A DNA stretch of 64,000 nucleotides, taken from NCBI GenBank assembly GCA_950097015.1, contig CATNEN010000003.1, positions 10,912,001-10,976,000 of the forward strand, written 5' to 3'. Both the position numbers and the translations under genes were made by a program. The notes under the pieces were generated by a model. That model had not been told where the DNA came from and made no database searches. It worked only from the letters and a program-made list of their open reading frames with translations. This stretch comes from Macrostomum hystrix (Eukaryota; Animalia; Platyhelminthes). The first letter of the stretch is position 1, and each line of letters begins with the position of its first letter. Of the stretch, positions 27,966-40,147 are shown piece after piece.

Positions 27966-28648
27966 ATGAGAGGAGAGGAGAGGAGAGGAGAGGAGAGGAG
28001 AGGAGAGGAGAGGAGGGGAGATGAGAGGAGAGGAGAGGAGAGGAGAGGAGAGGAGAGGAGAGGAGAGGAGAGGAGAGGAGAGGAGAGGAGAGGAGAGGAG
28101 AGGAGAGGAGAGGAGAGGAGAGGAGAGGAGAGGAGAGGAGAGGAGAGGAGAGGAGAGGAGAGGAGAGGAGAGGAGAGGAGAGGAGAGGAGAGGAGAGGAG
28201 AGGAGAGGAGAGGAGAGGAGAGGAGAGGAGAGGAGAGGAGAGGAGAGGAGAGGAGAGGAGAGGAGAGGAGAGGAGAGGAGAGGAGAGGAGAGGAGAGGAG
28301 AGGAGAGGAGAGGAGAGGAGAGGAGAGGAGAGGAGAGGAGAGGAGAGGAGGGGAGATGAGAGGAGAGGAGAGGAGAGGAGAGGAGAGGAGAGGAGAGGAG
28401 AGGAGAGGAGAGGAGAGGAGAGGAGAGGAGAGGAGAGGAGAGGAGAGGAGAGGAGAGGAGAGGAGAGGAGAGGAGAGGAGAGGAGAGGAGAGGAGAGGAG
28501 AGGAGAGGAGAGGAGAGGAGAGGAGAGGAGAGGAGAGGAGAGGAGAGGAGAGGAGAGGAGAGGAGAGGAGAGGAGAGGAGAGGAGAGGAGAGGAGAGGAG
28601 AGGAGAGGAGAGGAGAGGAGAGGAGAGGAGAGGAGAGGAGAGGAGAGG
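27966..28648. repeat. (GAGGA)n pentanucleotide microsatellite, nearly perfect
   Basis: About 680 bp with two interruptions. Confidence 0.98.
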
Positions 28649-29304
28649 ACAGACAAAAACGCATCAGAAAAGCGATTAAGTGAATTAAGTGAATGGATCA
28701 CTGAAATTGATGTAGAAAATGCTTTCGAGAAGTCAAGTAAGTCAAACCGAAATGACAATTCATATTTGATGCAGTGAATTGTGCATTTCCTAATTAAATT
28801 AACATCTATTTGCGTATTGCATGGTCGAATCGGATAAATATTTTATCACACTGCAATTCTAAGAATACTATAAATAGCAATTATTTTACGAGTAAACGGA
28901 AGAGGTTTTAGAAAGTGAACCATGCAGTCCACTTTTCTTACAAGTATATACGAGCTAGCTAAGCTGTTCGTTGTGTTTTCAGATTTGAGTACAAATAAAC
29001 TCATGGATGCAAGATGTTTTTAAGAATGTGAAACGATAGCTCAAGTTGAGTTTGAGTCTGATCAGCAAGAAACCAGATCGCACCCAAGATCTTGACCTTA
29101 GAAAGTGATACACTTGGATACACTTGCTTTCCACCTATCCGATCTTATACCTGTGTAGTTAATCTACCTGACTGCCCACGACTATGCACTAGAGATGAGG
29201 AAACTGTGCTAGCGAAAATATGTACAGTGTACTCGGATAGTAGAAAAAAATAATTATTGGAGTTAAGTAGAGAAGAGCTTAATAGAATATATAAAATAGA
29301 ATCG

Positions 29305-30070
29305 ATTGGAGTGTAGTGGAGTGGAGTAGAGTAGAGAAGAGTAAAGTCGAGTGGAGTAGAGTAAAGAGGAGTGGAGTGAAGTAGAGAAGAGTAGAGAAGA
29401 GTAGAGTAGAGTAGGTTGGAGTAGAGTGGAGTAGGGTAGAGTAGAGTAGAGTAGAGAAGAGTAGAGTAGGGAAGAGTAGAGTAGAGAAGAGTAGAGTAAA
29501 GTCGAGTGGAGTAGAGTAGAGAGGAGTGGAGTGAAATAGAGAAGAGTAGAGTAGAGAAGAGTAGGTTGGAGTCGAGTGGAGTAGAGTAGAGTAGAGTAGA
29601 GAATAGTAGAGTAGATTGGAGTGGAGTGAAGTAGAGAAGAGTAGAGAAGAGTTGAGTAGAGAAGAGTAGGTTGGAGTAGAGTGGAGTAGAGTAGAGTAGA
29701 GAAGAGTAGAGTAAAGTCGAGTGGAGTAGAGTAGAGAGGAGTGGAGTGAAGTAGAGAAGAGTAGAGAAGAGTAGAGTAGAGAAGAGTAGGTTGGAGTAGA
29801 GTGGAGTAGAGTAGAGTAGAGAAGAGTAGAGTAAAGTCGAGTGGAGTAGAGTAGAGAGGAGTGGAGTGAAGTAGAGAAGAGTAGAGAAGAGTAGGTTGGA
29901 GTAGGTTGGAGTAGAGAAGAGTAGAGTAGAGTAGACTGGAGCAGTGTAGAGAGGAGAAGAGTAGAGTAGAGAAGTGTAGAATAGAGCTGATTAGATTGCT
30001 CTGCTTTAAGCTTAGAGTAGAGTAGAGTCAAGTAGAGTGGAGTAGAGAGGAGTACAGCAGAGTAGAATGG
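29305..30070. repeat. Degenerate (GAGTA)n-based repeat
   Basis: Pentamer-based array. Confidence 0.93.
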
Positions 30071-31244
30071 ACTGAAGCACAATGTTTCGAAGCTTATTGA
30101 AATTAGGATGAGAATACAATCAAATTAATCCTGATAGTCCATGTATATTTTATTATTTTTCACAAGTAATTAACTCATCAGACCAACTGTCAGTTTCAAC
30201 TGTCACTCTCTACTAACCTTTGTCTACATCAATACGTGATTGTGAATAATAGTTCTGTTCTGAATTTTTCTTAGAGACAGTCCAGCAAAAAACGGAATAA
30301 GACAGAAGCACACAGACGCGGCCAAGCACTATACTTGAGTCTAGAGAAAAAACACACTATTCTTGCAGACTGTCTTTAACTGATATATGCTTTGAACTTT
30401 GACTGAGCTCTCTTTATGAATAACTGGAGTCTTTCAGAACACGAGACCATGCATGAGACTGCAAAAAAGAGATACGCGCTAACTGGAGGCATGAGAAATT
30501 CAAATTTTTGAGCACACAACTGCTCAAACGCCACCTGAACACAAATATACTCGTATTATTTGCATTCTGCTTAAATGTCTGTCTGCCAATCCTGTCCTGT
30601 CACTTTGATAGCTTCACTGTACTATATCAAGCATGAATGAGGGCTCACCTCAATTGTATGAGTTCGGTTGTCAGTTGATTGTTTACGAGGGCTGCAGCGT
30701 CGACTCGAAGCCGCATCAGCTAAAATTTCATTGGAAACAGTTTCGTGTCTTAGAAAGCCTACATTTAGAAATTGAGTCTTTGCAAATGACCCAACTAAAG
30801 ATATTATAGAATGAAAGTTGGTTAGAGAGGCTCGACTAGTCATTCGGTTTCTTGTAACACCTTTATTAGATATAAAAATCTAAGGAGCCTAGACCGCGTG
30901 GGATTGGACAGCCAATGAGCAGCGAAGGCGGACTGTCCTATGGTCAGGCGTGAGGCTTATTGAACGGGTATCTTAAACTACTTATAGTAGTGTGTCATAA
31001 AAACCGTCAAGCTTTGTCACTAAGATTTGGAAGATTAGATTCAGATTAAGGATTTATAAAGTTTATGAGAGAGGATTTAAACAGACTCTTTCGGCGTGTT
31101 TTAGGGAGATTCTTATTGAGAATTTGGGAAGATCCCTGATTAGGATACGGCAAGACGCTTATAGTGAATATGTGAAGATTATTGATAAGAATTTGGTGAA
31201 ATTCCTATTAGTAATTGGGAAGATTTTTCACAAGGATTTGGGAA

Positions 31245-32212
31245 CATTGTTGGTGAGGATTTGGTAAGATTCTTGTTGAGGATTTGGGAAGCTTCTTGTT
31301 GAGGATTTGGGAAGAATCTTGTTGAGGATTTAGGAAGATTATTGTTGAGGATTTGGGAAGATTGTTGTTGAGGATTTAGGAAGATTGTTGTTGAGGATTT
31401 GGGTAGATTCTTGTTGAGGATTTGGGTAGATTCTTGTTGAGGATTTGGGGAGATTCTTGTTGACGATTTGGGAAGATTCTTTTTGAGGATTTGGGAAGAT
31501 TGTTGTTGAGATTTGGGAAGATTGTTGTTGAGGATTTGGGAAGATTGTTGTTGAGGATTTAGGAAGATTGTTGTTGAGGATTTGGGTAGATTCTTGTTGA
31601 GATTTGGGGAGATTCTTGATGACGATTTGGGGAGATTCTTGTTGACATTTGGGGAGATTCTTGTTGACGATTTGGGAAGATTCTTGTTGACGATTTGGGA
31701 AGATTGTTATTGAGGATTTGGGAAGATTGTTATTGAGGATTTGGGAAGATTGTTATTGAGGATTTGGGAATATTGTTGTTGAGGATTTGGGAAGATTGTT
31801 GTTGAGGATTTGGGAAGATTGTTATTGAGGATTTGGGAAGATTGTTATTGAGGATTTGGGAATATTGTTGTTGAGGATTTGGGAAGATTCTTGTTGAGGA
31901 TTTGGGAAGATTGTTGTTGAGGATTTGGGAAGATTGTTGTTGAGGATTTGGGAAGATTCTTGTTGAGGATTCGGGAAGATTCTTGTTGAGGATTTGGGAA
32001 GATTGTTGTTGAGGATTTGGGAAGATTCTTGTTGAGGATTTGGGAAGATTCTTGTTGAGGATTCGGGAAGATTCTTGTTGAGGATTTGGGAAGATTCTTG
32101 TTGAGGATTTGGGAAGATTGTTGTTGAGGATTTGGTTAGATTCTTGGTGAGGATTTGGGAAGCTTCTTGTTGAGGATTTGGGTAGATTCTTGTTGAGGAT
32201 TTGGGAAGATTC
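31245..32212. repeat. 23-bp minisatellite GTTGAGGATTTGGGAAGATT(C/G)TT
   Basis: Direct tandem array. Confidence 0.96.
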
Positions 32213-33166
32213 AGTGAGAAAATTCGACGTAAAATCTTTTCACAACTGAATGAAATTCATTCGAAGTCTCAAAGGGTTTATAGTGAGCTTAAAATTACCA
32301 AAACGATTCCCAACATTTTGATCCCCAATAGCTCAGGATGATAAAAAGTTTACTACAAGCCTAAAAAGTCATCCTGTTTGTTCATTGGTTTAACTTTTAC
32401 TACGAGCTATAGACAGACTGCCCTGGGCTGAAATGAATTAAGTGATGTCATCGTTCAAACTGTTTGCCAATGCATCAGAAGAAAGTCAGCTCTTATTTTT
32501 TTCCTGTCAGTCAATCGAGCAAAAAATTCCCATTTTTGAAAATACAACTTCCTCGCCAAATAAGCCAGCCAGTCCAATATTTGATGCTAGGATGAAACAG
32601 ACAGTTTTGGGGGATTAACACTATTCTACCAATGGGGAAATACTACGGGTGTATTTCAAATACCCGTGCACTGCCTACTTCACCATGCTCCAAAACCGAA
32701 TGACCGATTCTCGTGAAAGTCCTCCATATAATTAACTTATTAACAGTATAGAAATACCAAGCACACGAAACTCAGCAACACGGGCCAACTTTTTGTTGCG
32801 CATCTTCTGAAACAAGAAAAAAGTCGCCGGCTGTTCAGACCGTCGAGATATTCAATGTTTCTGGCCGAAGGTCCGATTTTTCCCATAAGAGCTAGTGTAT
32901 TTCATACACCCCTATACACGAATTTGCACTGCGCCTCAGTGCGGCCTTTCCAGACCTTCAAACTTTATCAGCATGTCACCCGAATGTGCCTGCATCATCT
33001 CCGTCTTTGGTGGTCACCTACCATTATCTAGACGGACTGCGGGACCTTCAAGTGCAAATAATGTGGAAATAGGCCACTCTGGACACCCTGAAGCGAATTT
33101 CTAAAATTTCACTGCTGAAGCCTAAATATTAGGCGCAGATCAACTACAGTTCTCCATCGCCTAGTC

Positions 33167-34304
33167 CAGCGGTTCTCAACCTTTTATTCAGGCGACCCTA
33201 ATTTATTCCCTTGCATCTTTTTTGTTTGTTTGCGACCCCTATAATAAGCATGCGACCATGCGATAGCCAGCGAACTTTGGTGTGGAGAAGGAGGGAACTG
33301 CATGCTCAGCCCCCATTTCCTCGCACAGCGCTGTGAACAGACGATGATTCAGAGGTCAGATTTTGATGAAATTCACCACGGGAACGTCTGTCAAGACGGC
33401 GTCGGTCAGCTGACAAGTCTTTGGCTGCCAGTGCTTCACGATGGATGAAGCAATGTGTCCAGCTAGCGTCAGGCGTGACATCCTGGGTGCGTTTCACAGC
33501 ACCACTGTTCTTTCATGTGCACCTTAACTTCCAACTGATGGAATTTGACGCCTTAACTTCTCCATGAAGTATACTCGCGTGGCTTAGTCGCAACTTCAGG
33601 GTGCTGTGTTTGCAGATGGCGCTTGAGATTTTTTGGTTTTATTACTCCTTTGACAATGTGACTTCGCAGATAACACATTGTGGTTTTTCATTCGCAGTTG
33701 TGAAACCTAACTCAAGAAATGCTTCATTATAACTGCGCTTAGGTGAGTTTGCAGACGATGCCATTAACAACAGATGAGATTGAATATCTAAATAGATGCC
33801 TCTCTAATCCTAATCTAACCCTAATCCTAAGAATGTTATTGTGCCTCCAATCGGCTAAGCCAAAAGGAATGGGAATGCGTTTAAATGTGGGGGTGGATTG
33901 TTGAGAGGAGTTCCTCCTCTGGGTAAGGAGTTGCGATCGTTCGTTTTAAGCTCGCTGGGGTAACAAGGTAAAAGGGAGACAGAGAAGGAAAGTTTGTTTT
34001 GCTTGTCGTGTGGTGTCGTGTGACTCAGCCCATATCTAGCAGAACAGGCTTAGCTTGCGACTGCGTGCATATTTTGTGTTGCGACTTCAAGTTGAGTGCT
34101 AGGCTGCTAGTGCTATAGCCATTTCAATGTAGCTAACAGCCCTTGACTTACTTTTACTTTTACTAAAAATGTTTTACTCTATTATATCTCTAAAGGGTTC
34201 TTTCCCAAAAAAAATACATTTTTTATTTTTCTTTTTGCTGCGACCCCCAGAAAATGGTCACGCGACCCCACTGGGGGTCGCGACCCACAGGTTGAGAACC
34301 ACTG
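33167..34304 (-). mobile_element. Internally deleted hAT (Buster/Charlie-type) DNA transposon
   Basis: TIRs CAGCGGTTCTCAACC / GGTTGAGAACCACTG; 8-bp TSD GCCTAGTC at 33159-33166 and 34305-34312; transposase remnants inside. Confidence 0.92.
33262..33764 (-). pseudogene. Fragmented hAT transposase (BED zinc finger plus catalytic-region pieces)
   Basis: Translates to MASSANSPKRSYNEAFLELGF...PQCVIC / KPKNLKRHLQTQH, WTHCFIHREALA, VVNFIK*PLNHRLFTALCEEMGAEH and HTKVRWLS, with stops, frameshifts and large deletions. Confidence 0.88.
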
Positions 34305-34312
34305 GCCTAGTC

Positions 34313-35002
34313 CAGGGGTCGGCAAACTTATTAGCTGGCGGGCCAAAGAGAGAATCTAAAAGACGACAGCGGGCCGCTTTGATTATAGAAATATTATATA
34401 AGGGCGAGATAAGACACAGGAGAGATGAGACACGGCATAGATGAGACACGGGATAGATGAGACACGGGATAGATGAGACACAGGATAGATGAGACACGGA
34501 AGAGATGAGACACGGGAGAGATGAGACACGGGAGAGATGAGAAACGGGAGAGATAAGACACGGGAGAGATGAGACATGGGATAGATGAGACACGGGAGAG
34601 ATGAGACACGGGAGAGATGAGACACGGGAAAGATGAGACACGGGAAAGATGAGACAAGGGAGAGATGAGACAAGGGAGAGCTGAGACACGGGAGAGACGA
34701 GACACGGGATAGATGAGACACGGGATAGATGAGACACGGAAGAGATGAGACACGGGAGAGATGAGACACGGGAGAAATGAGAAACGGGAGAGATAAGACA
34801 CGGGAGAGATAAGACACGGGAGAGATGAGACACGGAAGAGATGAGACAGGGGAGAGATGAGACACGGGAGAGATGAGACACGGGAGAGATGAGACACGGG
34901 AGAGATGAGACAGGATACTATAGGTGTTGGAAGGGGCAACGGGCCGGATTGGGAGCTTCGAGGGCCGCATCTGGCCCGCGGGCCGGAGTTTGCCGACCCC
35001 TG
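34313..35002. mobile_element. Non-autonomous hAT element (MITE-like) carrying an internal minisatellite
   Basis: TIRs CAGGGGTCGGCAAACT / AGTTTGCCGACCCCTG; subterminal GGCCCGCGGGCC palindrome; TSD GCCTAGTC at 34305-34312 and 35003-35010. Confidence 0.9.
34405..34915. repeat. 17-bp minisatellite GAGATGAGACACGGGA-type inside the hAT element
   Basis: Direct tandem array between the TIRs. Confidence 0.95.
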
Positions 35003-35687
35003 GCCTAGTCTGTCAACCAATCAGTCACCACCCTACGCGGTTAGCTTTCAGGCGCTGCCAAAAAATGTTCTCAGGGGGGTGGGGAAATTCCCCCCTTGGT
35101 ATAAAAACGGGCGGCAAAATGGCTTGGTAGTCCTACTGTTAAACCAAAATAGTCAACAACGATAGCCGACATGGTTACATGATGAAATTCTGTCTATATT
35201 GATGGTTTTTGATACGAGATTTTGTTGATGATTTGAGAAATTTGTCTCATTCACATTTGAAATCTCGACGATGTCTTAAAATTTCATTGCGGGGACTGCA
35301 TTGACTCTGATTAATTCTGCTGTCGTTCTCTCCATTTTTTCAACTCAAACTTATCAAGCCGCCTGTTTTGCCATTTGGAGCGGAAAGGGCACAGAAGAAA
35401 TCGGTTCGAGACAATGGGACGTGTGCTCAAGTTCCTATTTATATATATATATTTTAAATCCGGATGAGACCGGGGCACACTTTTTTTGAGCAATGACGAC
35501 ACGGACAGGCCCGAAAGAGAAAGTGAGTCACGCCTTTCAGGTTTTTTTTGACGTATGAAAGCCGTATGCTCAATGTTCTCAAGATTCTGCTTGATTTCCT
35601 AATTTCCGCGAATTCCCATTCTTATTTTTTTCATTAACGTTCCTATATTGTCTTCTTTTAGTATTTTTTTCTTCACACTGTCTCCCC

Positions 35688-36560
35688 TCACAATTATCCC
35701 CTATTCTCCCAACAATCATCCCCTATTCTCCCAACAATCATCGCCTATTCTCCCAACAATCATCCCCTATTCTCCCAAAAATCATTACCAATTCTCCCAA
35801 CAATCTTACCCTATTTCTCCCAACAATCTTACCCTATTTCTCCCAACAACCATCCCCTATTCTCCCAACAATCATCCCCTATTCTCCCAACAACCATCCC
35901 CTATTCTCCCAACAATCATCCCCTATTCTCCCAACAATCATCCCCTATTCTCCCAACAATCATCCCCTATTCTCCCAAAAATCATTACCTATTCTTCCAA
36001 CAATCTTACCCTATTTCTCCCAACAATCTTACCCTATTTCTCCCAACAACCATCCCCTATTCTCCCAACAATCATCCCCTATTCTCCCAACAATCATCCC
36101 CTATTCTCCCAACAATCATCCCCTATTCTCCCAAAAATCATTACCTATTCTCCCAACAATCTTACCCTATTTCTCCCAACAATCTTACCCTATTTCTCCC
36201 AACAACCATCCCCTATTCTCCCAACAATCATCCCCTATTCTCCCAACAATCATCCCCTATTCTCCCAACAATCATCCCCTATTCTCCCAACAATCATCCC
36301 CTATTCCCCCAACAATCTTCTCTCATTTCTCCTAACAACCATCCCCTATTCTCCCAACAACCATCCCCTATTCTCCCAACAATCATCCCCTATTCTCCCA
36401 ACAACCATCCCCTATGCTCCCAAAAACCATCCCCTATTATCCCGACAATCTTCCCCTATTATCCCGACAATCTTCCCCTATTATCCCGACAATCTTCCCC
36501 AGTTCTTGCAACAATTATCGCCTATTATCCGGACAATCTTCACCATTATTCTCAGCAATA
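35688..36560. repeat. 22/23-bp minisatellite CAACAATCATCCCCTATTCTCC
   Basis: Direct tandem array, degenerating to about 36750. Confidence 0.95.
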
Positions 36561-37514
36561 TTCCCCTATTTTCACTCACAATCTTCAGCTTATCTCACCC
36601 ACAATTCTCATTTTCTATCTCCTAATCTTACCATATTCTCTGCTCATTATTTTCCGTTATTCTTAAAAAAATCAACCCCTATTCTCTTCACAATCTTCCT
36701 AAATTTTCACCCACGATGTCCCTCTATTCTTCCTCATAACCTTCCCCTGTAAATCGTTACATTCTTCCCTTATTCTCTATTCTTCTACAGTTAAATATTT
36801 TTATCCATAGACTTGCAAACATGTTCTCACCGTCTCCCTCCTCCTAACCACCAAATTTATCCCTAAACGTGTCTTACACACTCCATTTTCAATACCTATT
36901 CAAATTCCCCCCGTCAATTCGCTGGACCATCCAGGCCTCTAGGCACGCAGTTTCAATATGCGCCAAAAGCTGCTCTATTGACCAACCCCTACCCCCACCG
37001 AATTTTATTATTTCTCCGTGAGAAATTTAAGGGGCAGTTTTTTAATTTAGTTGGGCAAATTGCGACCAGCCAACTTACAGAATCCTCTTGCTGAACAACA
37101 TTCTCTAAAAACAATGAGCGCATGTTGACTCAATGTTGTGTGGCACCCAGTGACCCCCGATCTACCACCAACTCACGTGAGGAAATTAGGGGTTGAGCAA
37201 CTTTTTTAGGCGGACACAAACAACCTGTTCTCGGTTTTCAAATTCTCCCTGTTCTATAACTCTCGCTTTCTGTTCAGTAGAATCAACAATGATTTTGTTG
37301 GCGTAACGCTCCAACGCGCGTTTGCGTTTCTGACGGTCTGACCCCTGACCCGTGGCTCCGCCTACAGCGGGTGTTTCAGGGGCCTATTTGCACTGTGGCG
37401 ATGTCGGCTACGTCAGGTGTGAATTATACGGTATACTTATAATGGTTGTTCTCACATTTTTCAATGCTGAAGAAATTCATGTTTTTATATTGCGATCCGA
37501 TATAAATCGTTTGT

Positions 37515-37915
37515 CTGGTCTGGAGTGTTCTGGTATGGTTTGGTGTGGTTTGGTGTGGTCTGGAGTGTTCTGGTATGGTTTGGTGTGGTCTGGTGTGGTT
37601 TGGTGAGGTCAGGAGTGTTCTTGTATGGTTTGGTGCGGTCTGGTGTGGTTTGGTGAGGTCTGGAGTGTTCTGGTATGGTTTGGTGCGGTCTGGTGTGGTC
37701 TGGTGTGGTTTGGTGTGGTCTGGAGTGTTCTGGTATGGTTTGGTGCGGTCTGGTGTGGTCTGGTGTGGTTTGGTGTGGTTTGGTGTGGTCTGATGTGGTC
37801 TGGTGTGGTCTGGTGTGGTCTGATGTGGTATGGTGTGGTTTGGTGTGGTTTGGTGTGGTCTGGTGTGGTCTGGTGTGGTTTGGTGGCCTGGTGTGGTCTG
37901 GTGTGGTCTGGTGTG
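37515..37915. repeat. (TGGTG/TGGTC/TGGTT)n pentamer-based repeat
   Basis: Direct tandem array. Confidence 0.94.
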
Positions 37916-38764
37916 CTCTGACATGGTTTCTGTGTGGTTTGGTGTTGTTTGTTAATGTCTACTTAAGGTTTGAATTTTCATTGTCTTCTGGTGTCTTATT
38001 AGGCCTAACATCTCCTTAAAATGTCAGTTACTAACAAATAAATTATTTTTTGAAACGAAGCCTATCTTTAAAATACGTATTTTTAATACGACTATATTTC
38101 TGCTTTTTGAAGCTTGACATCTTGACTTAAAAGGCAACAGCATGAATTTTCTGCTTCTGTCATGATATAAAAAATGTGATGACACTTTTCGTGTCGCATT
38201 TTGATGGCCTAAAAAATCGATAGGCATTTGCTTTTTATATAATATCATTTCCTCACACTTCTATCTGCCTTCTGCTCTCCTCCTCTTGGCCTCTCAAATA
38301 TTCTTCCGCTAATTTTTTCTCGTGCGCACTTCGACGTTATTCACCAAAACATATCTGGACAGTCTTCAGCTCTACTCTGCCAGCCAGATGTGGTGTTTTC
38401 TGTGTCTCTGTGAAAGCTATCGGTGGCCCTTTGCGTGTTGGTGTCACTTTCTAGTGCGACTGTTCCCACCTTCTGTTCTGCTTACGGAAAGCATTTTCAA
38501 TGCTGCCACACATTAGGGGTCTGTCAGCGCGAATTTCACCAATTTCAGGGTGCTATCACATTGTGTTTGGGTCAGTCCTTTAAGAGGCGGCTATAGATGG
38601 ACAACACACCAGGGATGCGACAGTTGAGGGAAAATTCCTAGCCTAAGTGGGGATCATGGTTGCTGAAATCCTTCAAGTGAGGACACTCGCGAGATTGACT
38701 GTGGGAATTTTTAGCTTCTTTTTTTAAACTAAATTGAAAGAATATCTTGCTGAAGTTGAGAAAC

Positions 38765-39838
38765 CTTGTAGGATAAAAATGGGAGGAGAATCTCTCTGGG
38801 ATCAAAATGGGAGGAGAATCTTTGTGGGATAAAAATGGGAGGAGAATCTCTGTGGGATCAAAATGAGAGGAGAATCCTTGCGGGATCAAAATAGGAGGAG
38901 AATCTTTGTGGGATCAAAATGAGAGGATAATCTTTGTGGGATCAAAATGAGAGGAGAATCTTTGTGGGATCAAAATGAGAGGAGAATCTTTGTGGGATCA
39001 AAATGAGAGGAGAATCTTTGTGGGATCAAAATGAGAGGAGAATCTTTGTGGGATCAAAATTAGAGGAGAATCTTTGTGGGATCAAATTGGGAGGAGAATC
39101 TCTGTGGGATCAAAATAGGAGGAGAATCTCTGTGGGATCAAAATAGGAGGAGAATCTCTGTGGGATCAAAATGGGAGGAGAATCTTTGTGGGATAAAAAT
39201 GGGAGGAGAATCTCTGTGGGATCAAAATGAGAGGAGAATCCTTGCGGGATCAAAATAGGAGGAGAATCTTTGTGGGATCAAAATGAGAGGATAATCTTTG
39301 TGGGATCAAAATGAGAGGAGAATCTTTGTGGGATCAAAATGAGAGGAGAATCTTTGTGGGATCAAAATGAGAGGAGAATCTTTGTGGGATCAAAATGAGA
39401 GGAGAATCTTTGTGGGATCAAAATTAGAGGAGAATCTTTGTGGGATCAAATTGGGAGGAGAATCTCTGTGGGATCAAAATAGGAGGAGAATCTCTGTGGG
39501 ATCAAAATAGGAGGAGAATCTCTGTGGGATCAAAATGAGAGGAGAATCTTTGTGGGATCAAAATGAGAGGAGAATCTTTGTGGGATCAAAATGAGAGGAG
39601 AATCTTTGTGGGATCAAAATGAGAGGAGAATCTTTGTGGGATCAAAATTAGAGGAGAATCTTTGTGGGATCAAAATGAGAGGAGAATCTTTGTGGGATCA
39701 AATTGGGAGGAGAATCTTTGTGGGATCAAAATGAGAGGAGAATCTCTGTGGGATCAAATTGGGAGGAGAATCTCTGTGGGATCAAAATAGGAGGAGAATC
39801 TTTGTGGGATCAAAATAGGAGGAGAATCCTTATGGGAT
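38765..39838. repeat. 28-bp minisatellite GAGGAGAATCTTTGTGGGATCAAAATGA
   Basis: Direct tandem array with a 13-unit higher-order duplication. Confidence 0.97.
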
Positions 39839-39958
39839 AATTAAGGACGTAAGGAATTCTCTTTCTTGTGGAAATAAAATAATTTAAAAAAATAATCATT
39901 CATTACCTGCCGCAATTTGATGTATTGATGTGCAGTCGACAGCTTGGCGCATCTGAAG

Positions 39959-40147
39959 GCTGCGTACAGCTGTTCAGTCCATGGACTGGGGGGACGCCAC
40001 ACCCACCCTCAATTAGCCCAGCTGATGCTGGTACCCATTTAATGACTGGGTGAACTGAAGCAGTGCATAGGTAAGTGTATCGCTAAAGGACACAAATTGT
40101 TGCAGTGGAGTCGGGAATCGAACCTCCGACCTTCAAGCCGTGAGTCT
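39959..40147 (-). mobile_element. tRNA-headed SINE, family B, with a CORE-like central domain
   Basis: Minus strand reads B box GGTTCGATTCCC, then GTGTCCTTTAGCGATACACTTAC...TGCTTCAGTTCACCCAGTCATTAAATGGGTACC (CORE-like), then the palindromic tail. Confidence 0.7.

Noticed and set aside
33804-33830. Telomere-like CCTAAT/CCCTAA repeats
   Set aside because: Only a few degenerate units, internal to the hAT element.
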